This document shows positions 33,540-42,751 of a DNA stretch of 64,000 nucleotides, piece after piece. A model generated the notes under the pieces. The model saw nothing but the letters and a program-made list of their open reading frames with translations. It ran no database searches and was not told where the DNA came from. Made by a program: the position numbers and the translations under genes. Position 1 is the first letter of the stretch. Every line of letters starts with the position of its first letter. Source of the DNA: Candidatus Woesebacteria bacterium GW2011_GWF1_31_35 (GTDB lineage Bacteria; Patescibacteriota; Microgenomatia; UBA8517); assembly GCA_001029755.1 (NCBI GenBank), contig CP011214.1:557767-621766 (forward strand), read 5' to 3'.

Positions 33540-33898
33540 TTCTTTTCAATAAATTTTGTGTATACAGTTCCTAATACTCCATTTACAAAAGGTCCAGTTG
33601 ACTCAGCACCATATTCTTTGGAAAGTTCAACAGCTTCATCAATAACAACTTTAGGTGGTGTATCTTCATTTAAAAGTTCATAAATAGCAAGGTGTAATAT
33701 AGCAAGGTCTATTTTATTAATTTTTTCAATTGGCCAGGTAGGAGCAGAATCAACAATTATTTTATTTATTTTTTTGGTTTGTTTTTTAATTTTTAAAACA
33801 ATCTCAGGAAGATTCTTTTGAGGAGTAAAACTTTCTGCAAAAAGAAATTTTACTGCAAGTCTTCTTTTTTGATGTCTTGGGTCAGTAGCTGTTTTCAT
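33536..33898 (-). CDS. nusB: Transcription antitermination factor NusB
   Basis: IDLAIL, PPKVVIDEAVELSKEY, FVNGVLG. Confidence 0.93.
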   Translation of the reverse strand: MKTATDPRHQKRRLAVKFLFAESFTPQKNLPEIVLKIKKQTKKINKIIVDSAPTWPIEKINKIDLAILHLAIYELLNEDTPPKVVIDEAVELSKEYGAESTGPFVNGVLGTVYTKFIEKK

Positions 33899-34050
33899 TT
33901 ATAGTGTCCACAATGAGGACAAGCTTTATGAGGTTCTCGAAGTTTTCCACAAGAAGGACATTTAGAAATTGCAGAGATAGAAGCTTTAAATGTGCTTCTT
34001 CTCATTGCAGTTCTACCATGACTATGTTTTTTCTTTGGAAGTGGTGCCAT
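33895..34050 (-). CDS. rpmF: 50S ribosomal protein L32
   Basis: MAPLPKKKHS...CPSCG...HKACPHCGHY. Confidence 0.94.
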   Translation of the reverse strand: MAPLPKKKHSHGRTAMRRSTFKASISAISKCPSCGKLREPHKACPHCGHYK

Positions 34051-34157
34051 ATAATTAATGATTTTAATACAAAAATTCAAAAATTAAAATAACCAATTTG
34101 AAAAGAAGATTGTCAATTATTAAGAATTCTTGACACTGGATATATAATGGTTGAAAG

Positions 34158-35549
34158 ATGTCTTCCGAATATGAACCAGAAATAAAAGAACTTCTTTTTT
34201 CTGATAAATACGTTTTAAAATCCGGAGTTTTATTGGTCGAAGGTTATAATAATTGTGCATTATATGATATAAATTCTGGGAATGTTTACTCGTTAAATAA
34301 TAGTGCTAGGAATATCTTAACTGGTAAAACAGACAATTCATTCTTTTGGGAAAAATTAAGAGATATGAATTTGTGTACAACCAATACTGACAAAGAAAAG
34401 TCCATGTTGAATGAGTTGACGTATGTACCAAGTTTGCAATTTGCGTGGTTTGAAATAGTATCAAAAGCTTGTAACGAGAATTGTCTTCATTGTTATGGAG
34501 ATTTTATGCCACCAACCTATAGAAAAGGATTGGATAAATTTCATTCTTTTGACAATTCAAATTTAAAAAAGGAGGAAAAATTAAGTTTTGTACAATGGAA
34601 AAGTCAAATAAAAAATGTTCACGATTTAGGTTGCGAAACTTGTCAATTTATAGGTGACGAGCCGTTCTTGTATAGAGGAGAAAAAGGAGAATCTGTTTTA
34701 GATCTTGCCGAATATGCAAAAGAAATAGGTTTTAAATTTATTGAAATATTTACAAACGGAACTTTACTTACTCGAGAAATGATTAATCGAATAAAAGACT
34801 TGGGAGTTAATATTGCAATTTCTCTTTATTCAATTGAACCTGAGATACACGATAGAATTACCAGAACAAGAGGAAGCCATAAAAAAACAATGGAAGCACT
34901 AGAAATGCTTAAGGAAGCAAGTATTCCAACAAGAGTTGAAACTGTTCTAATGAAACAAAATGAGACTAGTGCCGAAGAAACTCAAAGATTTATAGACAAA
35001 ATGGGATTTTCTCATAAACGACTTGATGTATTAAGGCAAAACGGTAGAGGGGATAATCTTAATCTACTGCCGAGTAACGATTCACTTTTAAAACATGGTG
35101 TCATGGCTTCTCCAAATTTTAGTATTAATAAAGATATGTTGGCTCGAAATTTATCAAACAATAGTTGTTTGTCTGGAAAGATTGCAATAACTGATAATGG
35201 AGATGTCTTACCCTGCGTATTCTCTAGAGATCAGATAGTTGGAAATGTTTTAGAAAAATCACTGGCTGAAATAGTTGATGGCAATAGACTAATAAAAGTT
35301 TGGCAAAATACAAAAGATTGTGTGCAAGTCTGTAAGGACTGTGAGTATCGATATTGCTGTACCGATTGTAGACCTTCTTCTCTTGGAACAAATCAAAATG
35401 TAGGAGAATATTTAACCGCTCCATATCCAAAATGTGCTTATAACCCATATGAAGGTAAATGGGGAAAAGGATACTGGAAATTAGATCTTGAACATAAACC
35501 AATTTATATTAATATATTGGAAGGGGGTGAAGAAATAAATGAAAGCTGA
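34158..35549 (+). CDS. Radical SAM/SPASM domain peptide maturase
   Basis: CNENCLHC (CX3CX2C); FTNGT; SPASM Cys pattern CLSG...GDVLPC...CKDCEYRYCCTDC...CAY; N-terminal RRE-like segment. Confidence 0.92.
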   Translation: MSSEYEPEIKELLFSDKYVLKSGVLLVEGYNNCALYDINSGNVYSLNNSARNILTGKTDNSFFWEKLRDMNLCTTNTDKEKSMLNELTYVPSLQFAWFEIVSKACNENCLHCYGDFMPPTYRKGLDKFHSFDNSNLKKEEKLSFVQWKSQIKNVHDLGCETCQFIGDEPFLYRGEKGESVLDLAEYAKEIGFKFIEIFTNGTLLTREMINRIKDLGVNIAISLYSIEPEIHDRITRTRGSHKKTMEALEMLKEASIPTRVETVLMKQNETSAEETQRFIDKMGFSHKRLDVLRQNGRGDNLNLLPSNDSLLKHGVMASPNFSINKDMLARNLSNNSCLSGKIAITDNGDVLPCVFSRDQIVGNVLEKSLAEIVDGNRLIKVWQNTKDCVQVCKDCEYRYCCTDCRPSSLGTNQNVGEYLTAPYPKCAYNPYEGKWGKGYWKLDLEHKPIYINILEGGEEINES

Positions 35550-35778
35550 ACTTAACTTAGAACCAGAAATTGTTTTGGTTACACCGGCAAAAGTAGGTGG
35601 TTGTCCGCCAAATGATTGCCCGCCGAATGCGGCTTGCAGACCAAATACGGATTGTTATCCCAACAATTGTCGACCAGCATTGGGGCCATGTGGTCCGGAT
35701 ACACTGCCTTGCTATCCAAATGGTAAAGCACCGGAGCCACCAAGACCATTTCCAAGACCACCTTGTTATCCTGGTTAA
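35539..35778 (+). CDS. Putative RiPP precursor with GG leader and eight C-x-P repeats
   Basis: Strong SD GGGGGTG inside the rSAM 3' end; overlaps the rSAM stop; periodic Cys/Pro/Asn core. Confidence 0.85.
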   Translation: MKAELNLEPEIVLVTPAKVGGCPPNDCPPNAACRPNTDCYPNNCRPALGPCGPDTLPCYPNGKAPEPPRPFPRPPCYPG

Positions 35779-36650
35779 GTGAGTCTTAGGGGTTTAATAA
35801 GAATACTCACCCAGTTTTTTAGAGATTGGGTAAGTAGTGTCTTTCCTGCAACTAGAGCATAATCATGTGGGTTTATATTGGCTTCAAGAGATGAATCTTG
35901 CACATTAAGATCTTTGATTTTTTCCTCTAAAATCATTTTTTCTATTCGAGGAATTGCAAACTTATCAAAGTATTTAATATGTTCTGGCCAAAAAATTTTA
36001 CTGGCTGAGTATTCTGTACAAAATGCAAATATTTCAGAGGCAAATCTTGGATTTGGGAAAATAATATTAGTTTTGGTTGATATATTATCTTTTATGTAAT
36101 AACTTTTCGCAGTTTTTAGAAAACTAAGATTTTCTTTTTTATCTGAAGGCCACCAAAGTTTATAACTATCCCAATAAACATGTCCAAACTCATGCAAAAT
36201 AGTTGCATAATAACTTTCTTTTGTAAAATATGGATCTTTGGTTATTTTATAATATTTTTTATGTATCTCTGTAAACGGAGTTAATAATCCCCCACATGGT
36301 CCATTGATTACTTTTTTTGTATTTTTCTTTAAAAGATTTTTTATATCTTTAATATAAATTCCTGAACGCCATCCTATTTGATCAAGATCTATTATTTTAT
36401 TAATATTATGTGGTAATTTATATAAATTATAACTGCGATTTTTTATCGAAATTTTTTCTAAGTTTAAATTTTTGTCAAAGGTCCAAAGGTAAACATATTT
36501 TGAGTCAAAACTAATTACTGGAATATTTTCTATTCTTTCTTTATATTTAAAAACATAATTTAGTTTTGGGTTCCAAAGAATATCTAGTGCCTTTTCAATT
36601 GCAAGCAAATCTTCTCTTCTAGCAATATAGTTTTCAAACATATAAGTCAA
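35775..36650 (-). CDS. HExxH-motif protein (zincin-like or HExxH oxygenase)
   Basis: ILHEFGHVY plus downstream SEIFA; convergent on the precursor with overlapping stop codons. Confidence 0.65.
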   Translation of the reverse strand: MTYMFENYIARREDLLAIEKALDILWNPKLNYVFKYKERIENIPVISFDSKYVYLWTFDKNLNLEKISIKNRSYNLYKLPHNINKIIDLDQIGWRSGIYIKDIKNLLKKNTKKVINGPCGGLLTPFTEIHKKYYKITKDPYFTKESYYATILHEFGHVYWDSYKLWWPSDKKENLSFLKTAKSYYIKDNISTKTNIIFPNPRFASEIFAFCTEYSASKIFWPEHIKYFDKFAIPRIEKMILEEKIKDLNVQDSSLEANINPHDYALVAGKTLLTQSLKNWVSILIKPLRLT

Positions 36651-38603
36651 TTATATCAATTTATTAGCAACTTCTGAAGAAATTCTAATAAGTTTTGTAT
36701 CAGACCAACTAGCAATTTTTAAGTTACCGAATCCATGTTGTTTAATTCCTAATACTTCTCCAGGACCTCTTAAAGATAAATCAAGTTCAGCAAGTTCAAA
36801 CCCTGATGATGTGGTTGTTAGAGCTGTTAATCTTTGACTTACCCTTTCTGATTCATTTTCTGTAAAGAGTAAACAATAAGACTGTTTATCTCCCCTACCC
36901 ACCCTTCCTCTTAGTTGATGAAGTTGGGCTAGACCAAATCTATCTGATGCTTCAATTAACATAATAGTTGCGTTAGGAACATCAATTCCAACTTCAACAA
37001 CTGGGGTTGTTACTAAAATGTTAAGTTTTTTCTTTTTAAAATCATCAAGTATTTTATTTTTCTCTGATTCTTTAAGTTTTCCATGAAGAAGTCCTAATTT
37101 AAATTTAGAAAATATGTGCTCCAGTTCTATAAAAGTAGATTTAACAGCTTTTACATCTTTCATTGTTTCTTTTTCAGAATCTTCAACCAAAGGACAGACC
37201 ACAAAAGCTTGGGACCCAAATTCTTTAATTTGTGAACCAATCCAATCATAGGCATTCTTTCTTTTTTCATTTGGAACTAGCCAAGTTTTAATTGGAATTC
37301 TACCAATTGGAATTTCGTTTAAAGTTGAAAGATCCATATCCGAAAGCATATTTAAAGCAATAGTTCTTGGAATTGGGGTTGCTGTCATAGTCAAAATATG
37401 TGGACTTTTATTTTTTGAAGATTTTGTTAAGATTTCTGTTTGTTTTACTCCAAATTTATGTTGTTCATCAATTACAATAAGCCCCAACTTTTCAAATAAT
37501 TTAGTTTTAGTAAGTAGCGCGTGAGTTCCAATAAAAATATCAACTCTTCCTATATCCTTTTTAATTTTGGTTCCAGTAATTAGTGCAATTCTTATTTTTA
37601 AATTATTAAATAAACTATTTATAGTTTCATAATGTTGGTTAGCTAAAATTTGAGTTGGTGCCATTAAAACTACTTGTAAGCCATTTAAAATAGTGACTAA
37701 AGCAGCAATTGCGGAAACAACTGTTTTACCACTACCAACATCTCCCTGTAAAAGCCTATTCATAGGAATATCATTTGTAAGATCAGTTAATATTTCATCT
37801 ACTACTTTTGTTTGTGAATTTGTTAATTTAAATGGTAAATTTTTGATAAAATCATCAACTTCTTTTTTATCAACAGTTAGTTTATTAGTTTTTTTCTTTT
37901 GTAAAATCTGTTTTCTTCTCTTTGCTTCAAGTTGTAAATTTAAAAGTTCATTAAAAGCAAGTCTTTCTTTAGCTTTAACATATGAATTAACTGTTTCAGG
38001 AAAATGAATGTCAAAAATTGCTTTTTTATAATCAACTAATAAGTATTTCTTAATAATTTCTTTTGGTAGAAATTCATCTAAATTATTTTCGATATTGTCT
38101 AGAGTATATTTGATTCTTGATTTTAACCATTTAGATGAAAGTCCTGCGGTTTCCGAATATATTCCTACAAGTCTTCCTGTGTGAAGGGTATCTTTGCCTT
38201 CTTCTATTTTCTCAAATTGTGGTGAAAAAAAAGCAGGTTTTCCTGCAAACCAAGAAGCTTCACCTGAAACTGCAATTTTTGTGCCAGCAGGAATTGTATA
38301 AATTAAAAATGGTTGGTTAAACCAAGCAATTGTAATTTTTCCAGTTGAATCTTCAACTTGGCCTATTTGCATTCTTTTACCAGATTTTGTTATTTGGTTT
38401 TTTAAAGAAGAAATGTTTCCCACAATTGTTATAATCTCCCCTATTTTCACATTAGAGATATCGGTGACTTTAGAAAAATCTAAATATCTATTTGGAATAT
38501 GAAGTAAAAGATCTTCAATTGTTAAAACATCAAGTCTAGCTAATTTTCCTTCATAATTTGGGCCTACAAAAGGTAGGATTGAAACTGAATCAGTTAGTTT
38601 CAT
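36651..38603 (-). CDS. recG: ATP-dependent DNA helicase RecG
   Basis: RLLQGDVGSGKT, DEQHKFG, MTATPIPRT, QLRGRVGRG, RGPGE. Confidence 0.96.
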   Translation of the reverse strand: MKLTDSVSILPFVGPNYEGKLARLDVLTIEDLLLHIPNRYLDFSKVTDISNVKIGEIITIVGNISSLKNQITKSGKRMQIGQVEDSTGKITIAWFNQPFLIYTIPAGTKIAVSGEASWFAGKPAFFSPQFEKIEEGKDTLHTGRLVGIYSETAGLSSKWLKSRIKYTLDNIENNLDEFLPKEIIKKYLLVDYKKAIFDIHFPETVNSYVKAKERLAFNELLNLQLEAKRRKQILQKKKTNKLTVDKKEVDDFIKNLPFKLTNSQTKVVDEILTDLTNDIPMNRLLQGDVGSGKTVVSAIAALVTILNGLQVVLMAPTQILANQHYETINSLFNNLKIRIALITGTKIKKDIGRVDIFIGTHALLTKTKLFEKLGLIVIDEQHKFGVKQTEILTKSSKNKSPHILTMTATPIPRTIALNMLSDMDLSTLNEIPIGRIPIKTWLVPNEKRKNAYDWIGSQIKEFGSQAFVVCPLVEDSEKETMKDVKAVKSTFIELEHIFSKFKLGLLHGKLKESEKNKILDDFKKKKLNILVTTPVVEVGIDVPNATIMLIEASDRFGLAQLHQLRGRVGRGDKQSYCLLFTENESERVSQRLTALTTTSSGFELAELDLSLRGPGEVLGIKQHGFGNLKIASWSDTKLIRISSEVANKLI

Positions 38604-38704
38604 CTAAGATATGCAATAAAAGGTAGTACAGAACCTGCTAGTAGTGCCAAACCTGCAATTATTGCTAAAACTGTAAATACTTTCTTTTGTTTTTTTGTAA
38701 TCAT
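38600..38704 (-). CDS. Unannotated 34-aa single-TM microprotein
   Basis: MITKKQKKVFTVLAIIAGLALLAGSVLPFIAYLR; ATGA overlaps with both the tyrS stop and the recG start. Confidence 0.75.
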   Translation of the reverse strand: MITKKQKKVFTVLAIIAGLALLAGSVLPFIAYLR

Positions 38705-39852
38705 ATTAATTTACCAAATGTCTTTTTGCCAATTTTAATATTATCACCTTTTTTGATTTTGTAATTTAAGTATGTTACAACTTTATCATTAATTGAAACT
38801 CCACCCTGTAGAATTAGTCTCTTGGCATCAGACGATGATTTAAGATTTGTAAACGGTGCGATAGTTTCAGCTAAGTTTTCTTTAATTTTAATTTCATTTA
38901 TAAATTCAGGGTCTTTTTTTTGAAAATTATTTTCAAAAGTTAAGGTTGAATCGGAAGCTTTCTTTTCACCCCACAAAAACTTTACAATTTCAAAAGCAAG
39001 TCTTTTTTTCTCTTCCATTGGATTATTTTTAATTTTTTCTTCAATACCATCAAGATTAGTTTCTGTTAGTAGTTCGAAACCTAAAAATATTACTTCATCT
39101 GGGAAGCTCATAATACCTGCATAAAAATCTTCTGGTTTAGAATCTAAAAATAAAGCGTTTCCTGTAGTTTTTCCTACTTTTTTACCTTTTTTGTCAACCA
39201 AAAGTTTGGTGGTTAAAACAAATTTTTCTTTACCTTTTATTGCTTTCATTAAAGTTCTTCCTATCATCATATTAAATAACTGATCATTCCCTCCAATTTC
39301 AAGATCAACATCCATTGCTACTGAATCATATCCTTGAAATATTGGATAAAGAAGTTCATGAAAATAAATTACTTCGCCTTTTTTAATTCTCTCTTGATAC
39401 ATATCTCTTTCGATCATTTGCTGATGTGTCAAATTTGAAGAAACTTCGATTAAATCTTTTGAACTAAGTTTGTCTAACCATTCTGAATTAAACATTATTT
39501 TAGCTGGATTTTCACCATCAAAATCTAATACTTTTGATGCTTGTTCCTTCCAAACCTTTGCATTTTCCAATACTTGTTCTCTTGTTAGTTTTTTACGTGC
39601 TGTAAGTTTATCAGTAGGATCCCCTATCATTCCAGTAAAGTCTCCAACTAAAAAAATAACTTCATGTCCTAATTTTTGAAATTGCCTAAGTTTCATTAAT
39701 CCAACAAAATTACCAAGGTGAAGTGATGGAGCCGATGGATCAAATCCTTGATAAAGCTTTATTTTTTCCTTTGCCATTAATAAAGTTAATTCTTTTTTAT
39801 CAGGCAGTACTTGTTGTACACCTCTTGTTAATACTTCTTCAATGTTATTCAT
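38701..39852 (-). CDS. tyrS: Tyrosine--tRNA ligase
   Basis: GFDPSAPSLHLGN, QGYD, GGNDQLFN, KVGKT, C-terminal S4 domain. Confidence 0.96.
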   Translation of the reverse strand: MNNIEEVLTRGVQQVLPDKKELTLLMAKEKIKLYQGFDPSAPSLHLGNFVGLMKLRQFQKLGHEVIFLVGDFTGMIGDPTDKLTARKKLTREQVLENAKVWKEQASKVLDFDGENPAKIMFNSEWLDKLSSKDLIEVSSNLTHQQMIERDMYQERIKKGEVIYFHELLYPIFQGYDSVAMDVDLEIGGNDQLFNMMIGRTLMKAIKGKEKFVLTTKLLVDKKGKKVGKTTGNALFLDSKPEDFYAGIMSFPDEVIFLGFELLTETNLDGIEEKIKNNPMEEKKRLAFEIVKFLWGEKKASDSTLTFENNFQKKDPEFINEIKIKENLAETIAPFTNLKSSSDAKRLILQGGVSINDKVVTYLNYKIKKGDNIKIGKKTFGKLI

Positions 39853-39932
39853 ATATGTTAAGTATTATTATAATTTAATAATTAATATAAGCAAATATAG
39901 ATAAAAGTATCTCTCTTTGTTACAATGATCAT

Positions 39933-42464
39933 ATGTGGAGAGATAGAAGAAGAAAGGTATTTGGTTTACAAAAATCAAGAAATTTGGCTAAGTTTGCAAA
40001 ACTTGGATTTCTAGGAATTATTCTTTTCTTTTTAGCTTCTTTTGTAATTTTACCCTTGATGGCTTTTAATCTTCCTTCTCCTGATAAAGTCATTCGAAGA
40101 GAAGGTTTTTCAACTAAAATATTGGATAGAAATGGAAAGGTACTTTACGATATTTATTCTGATCAAAGAAGAACTCCGGTTGCAATTGACGATATCCCCC
40201 TTTATTTAAAACAAGCAACAATTGCAATTGAAGATAAAAATTTCTATAAACATCAAGGCTTTGACATTTTAGGAACAATTAGAGGACTATCAAGAATTTT
40301 TACCAGAGGTTCTGCTCAAGGTGGTTCAACTTTAACCCAACAATTAGTTAAAAATGTATTACTAACTTCTGAAAGAAGTATTGTTAGAAAAATTAAAGAA
40401 TTTATTCTGGCTGTACAAATTGAAAGAAAATATTCAAAAGATCAAATTTTACAAATGTATCTTAATGAAGCCCCTTATGGTGGTAATTTGTGGGGAGTTG
40501 AAACAGCAGCAGAAACTTATTTTGGAAAACCTTCCAAAGATTTAAATTTAATAGAATCAGCAATTCTAGCAGGACTTCCTCAGATCCCTTCAAAGTATTC
40601 TCCTTATTCATCAACACCAAAAGCCTATATAGATAGAACTATAAATGTATTAAGAAGAATGAGAGAAGATGGGTTTATAACTAAAGATCAAGAAGAAGCA
40701 AGCTTAGCAGAACTTCCTAATGTTAAGTTTGAAGCTAAGGGTTCTTCATTTAAAGCTCCTCATTTTGTTCAATATGTACAAAAGATTTTAGAGGAAAGGT
40801 ATGGTGAAAAAGTTGTTGAACAAGGAGGTTTAAAGATTACAACCACACTTGATTTAGATCTTCAGGAAAAAGCCCAGCAAATTGTTGCTGATGAAATAGC
40901 CAAAGTTGAAAAACAAAGGATAACGAATGGCGGCGTAGTTGTAATGAGTCCTTCGACTGGAGAAATTTTAGCCATGGTTGGTTCAAAACGTTTTGATGAT
41001 CCTAATTATGATGGACAAGTAAATGTAACTGTTGCCTTAAGACAACCTGGATCATCATTCAAGCCTTTTACATATGTAACAGCCTTTAAAGAAGGTTACA
41101 CATCGTCTACCATGCTTATGGATGTACCAACGACATTTCCAGGTGGTGAAGGACTTCCTGATTATAATCCAGTAAATTACGATGGGAAATATAGAGGTCC
41201 AATTCAATTAAGATATGCACTAGGTAATTCAATAAATATTCCAGCAGTTAAGGTAATTGCCTTGGTTGGTATAAAGGATGTATTGGAAACTTCGTATGAA
41301 ATGGGAATTAATTCTCTCCCACCAACTGATGAAACCTTGGCAAGAGTTGGACTTTCATTAACCTTAGGTGGTGGTGAAGTAAGACTTTTGGAGTTAACAG
41401 ATGCCTATTCAGTTTTTTTTAATGGTGGATCGAAAGTTGAACCAATTGCGATTTTAAGAGTTGAAAGTAGTGATGGTAAAGTTTTGGAAGAAATAAAACC
41501 AAAACTTGGTAAAAAAGTATTGACCCCAGAGCAGGCTTATTTAATTGATAATATATTGTCTGACAATGAAGCTAGAAAAGATATTTTTGGTACAAATTCA
41601 CTTCTTAATATTCCAGGAAGACAAATTGCGGTGAAAACTGGGACAACAAATGATAAAAGAGATAATTGGACAATTGGAGGAAATCCACAGATTGCTGTTG
41701 GTGTTTGGGTTGGAAATAATGATAATTCACCAATGTTAAATGTTGCATCAGGAGTTTCGGGTGCTTCTCCTATTTGGAGACAAGTTTTACTTGAATCATT
41801 AAAGGAATTACCGGTTGTTAATTTTGAAGTTCCGTCAGGAATTGAAACAATTGAGGTTGATAGTATGTCAGGTAAAAAAGCGCATGATGGATTTGTTTCT
41901 CGATTTGAGATTTTTGCCAAAGGATCAGAACCTGGAAACGATGATATCCATTTAAATCTAAAAGTATGTAAAAACGATGGAAAATTAGCTACTCCTTCTG
42001 ATATTTCAGGTGGAAATTATGATACAAAAGAATTTTTTGTGATTAAAGAAGAAGATCCATTAGCAAAATCTGGAGGAGTAAATAAATGGCAGGAGGCGAT
42101 TTTAACTTGGATTAATGGTCAGTCAGATATTAAATATCATCCTCCTACTGAATTTTGTGGTACAACTAATCCAGTTAATGTTGAATTTAGTTATCCAACT
42201 GATAGAACATCAAATTTACCAAATACTTTTACAGTTAGAATTAACGCCAATTCTACAAGTGATATTATCCAAATAGAACTTGAAGTTGATGGAGTAAAGG
42301 CAAGAACATTTACAGGACCTCCATATGAACATAGCTTAACTTTAACTGATGGAGTTCATAAATTAAGAGCTAAAGCAAAAGATAAGGATGGCCATGAATC
42401 AGACAGAATTATAGATATTGGAATAAATTCACTTTGGAATCTTACTCCTTCGCCGACCCCTTGA
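39933..42464 (+). CDS. Class A penicillin-binding protein (PBP1A family) with C-terminal Ig-like domain
   Basis: EDKNFYKH, QGGSTLTQQ, SSFK, SIN, KTG. Confidence 0.95.
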   Translation: MWRDRRRKVFGLQKSRNLAKFAKLGFLGIILFFLASFVILPLMAFNLPSPDKVIRREGFSTKILDRNGKVLYDIYSDQRRTPVAIDDIPLYLKQATIAIEDKNFYKHQGFDILGTIRGLSRIFTRGSAQGGSTLTQQLVKNVLLTSERSIVRKIKEFILAVQIERKYSKDQILQMYLNEAPYGGNLWGVETAAETYFGKPSKDLNLIESAILAGLPQIPSKYSPYSSTPKAYIDRTINVLRRMREDGFITKDQEEASLAELPNVKFEAKGSSFKAPHFVQYVQKILEERYGEKVVEQGGLKITTTLDLDLQEKAQQIVADEIAKVEKQRITNGGVVVMSPSTGEILAMVGSKRFDDPNYDGQVNVTVALRQPGSSFKPFTYVTAFKEGYTSSTMLMDVPTTFPGGEGLPDYNPVNYDGKYRGPIQLRYALGNSINIPAVKVIALVGIKDVLETSYEMGINSLPPTDETLARVGLSLTLGGGEVRLLELTDAYSVFFNGGSKVEPIAILRVESSDGKVLEEIKPKLGKKVLTPEQAYLIDNILSDNEARKDIFGTNSLLNIPGRQIAVKTGTTNDKRDNWTIGGNPQIAVGVWVGNNDNSPMLNVASGVSGASPIWRQVLLESLKELPVVNFEVPSGIETIEVDSMSGKKAHDGFVSRFEIFAKGSEPGNDDIHLNLKVCKNDGKLATPSDISGGNYDTKEFFVIKEEDPLAKSGGVNKWQEAILTWINGQSDIKYHPPTEFCGTTNPVNVEFSYPTDRTSNLPNTFTVRINANSTSDIIQIELEVDGVKARTFTGPPYEHSLTLTDGVHKLRAKAKDKDGHESDRIIDIGINSLWNLTPSPTP

Positions 42465-42487
42465 CTTGATGGTTTATAATAAGTTAG

Positions 42488-42751
42488 GTGAAAGAAAAAC
42501 TTGATTATACAAGGATTTCAACTAAAGTTGATGTATCTATCGGGCCAGATGGAAAGGTTCTTCGTCATAGTGTGATTTCTCCTGATTGGAGGCAAGTTAA
42601 GCCCAATAAATTAACGGATGCAATTAATAGATTTGAAAAAAAAGTTAATGAACCGTGTCTTTCAGAGTTACTTAAGAAAAATGGAAAGGTTATTTTTTGG
42701 ATAAATAGTGGACAAAATGAAATTTTAGCTGCGACAACTGAAGGTTGTTAA
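42488..42751 (+). CDS. Hypothetical protein
   Basis: GTG start 7 nt after TATAAT. Confidence 0.5.
   Translation: MKEKLDYTRISTKVDVSIGPDGKVLRHSVISPDWRQVKPNKLTDAINRFEKKVNEPCLSELLKKNGKVIFWINSGQNEILAATTEGC

Noticed and set aside
39853-39932. T-box upstream of tyrS
   Set aside because: Only 80 bp of AT-rich divergent promoter; no TGGNACC bulge or terminator.
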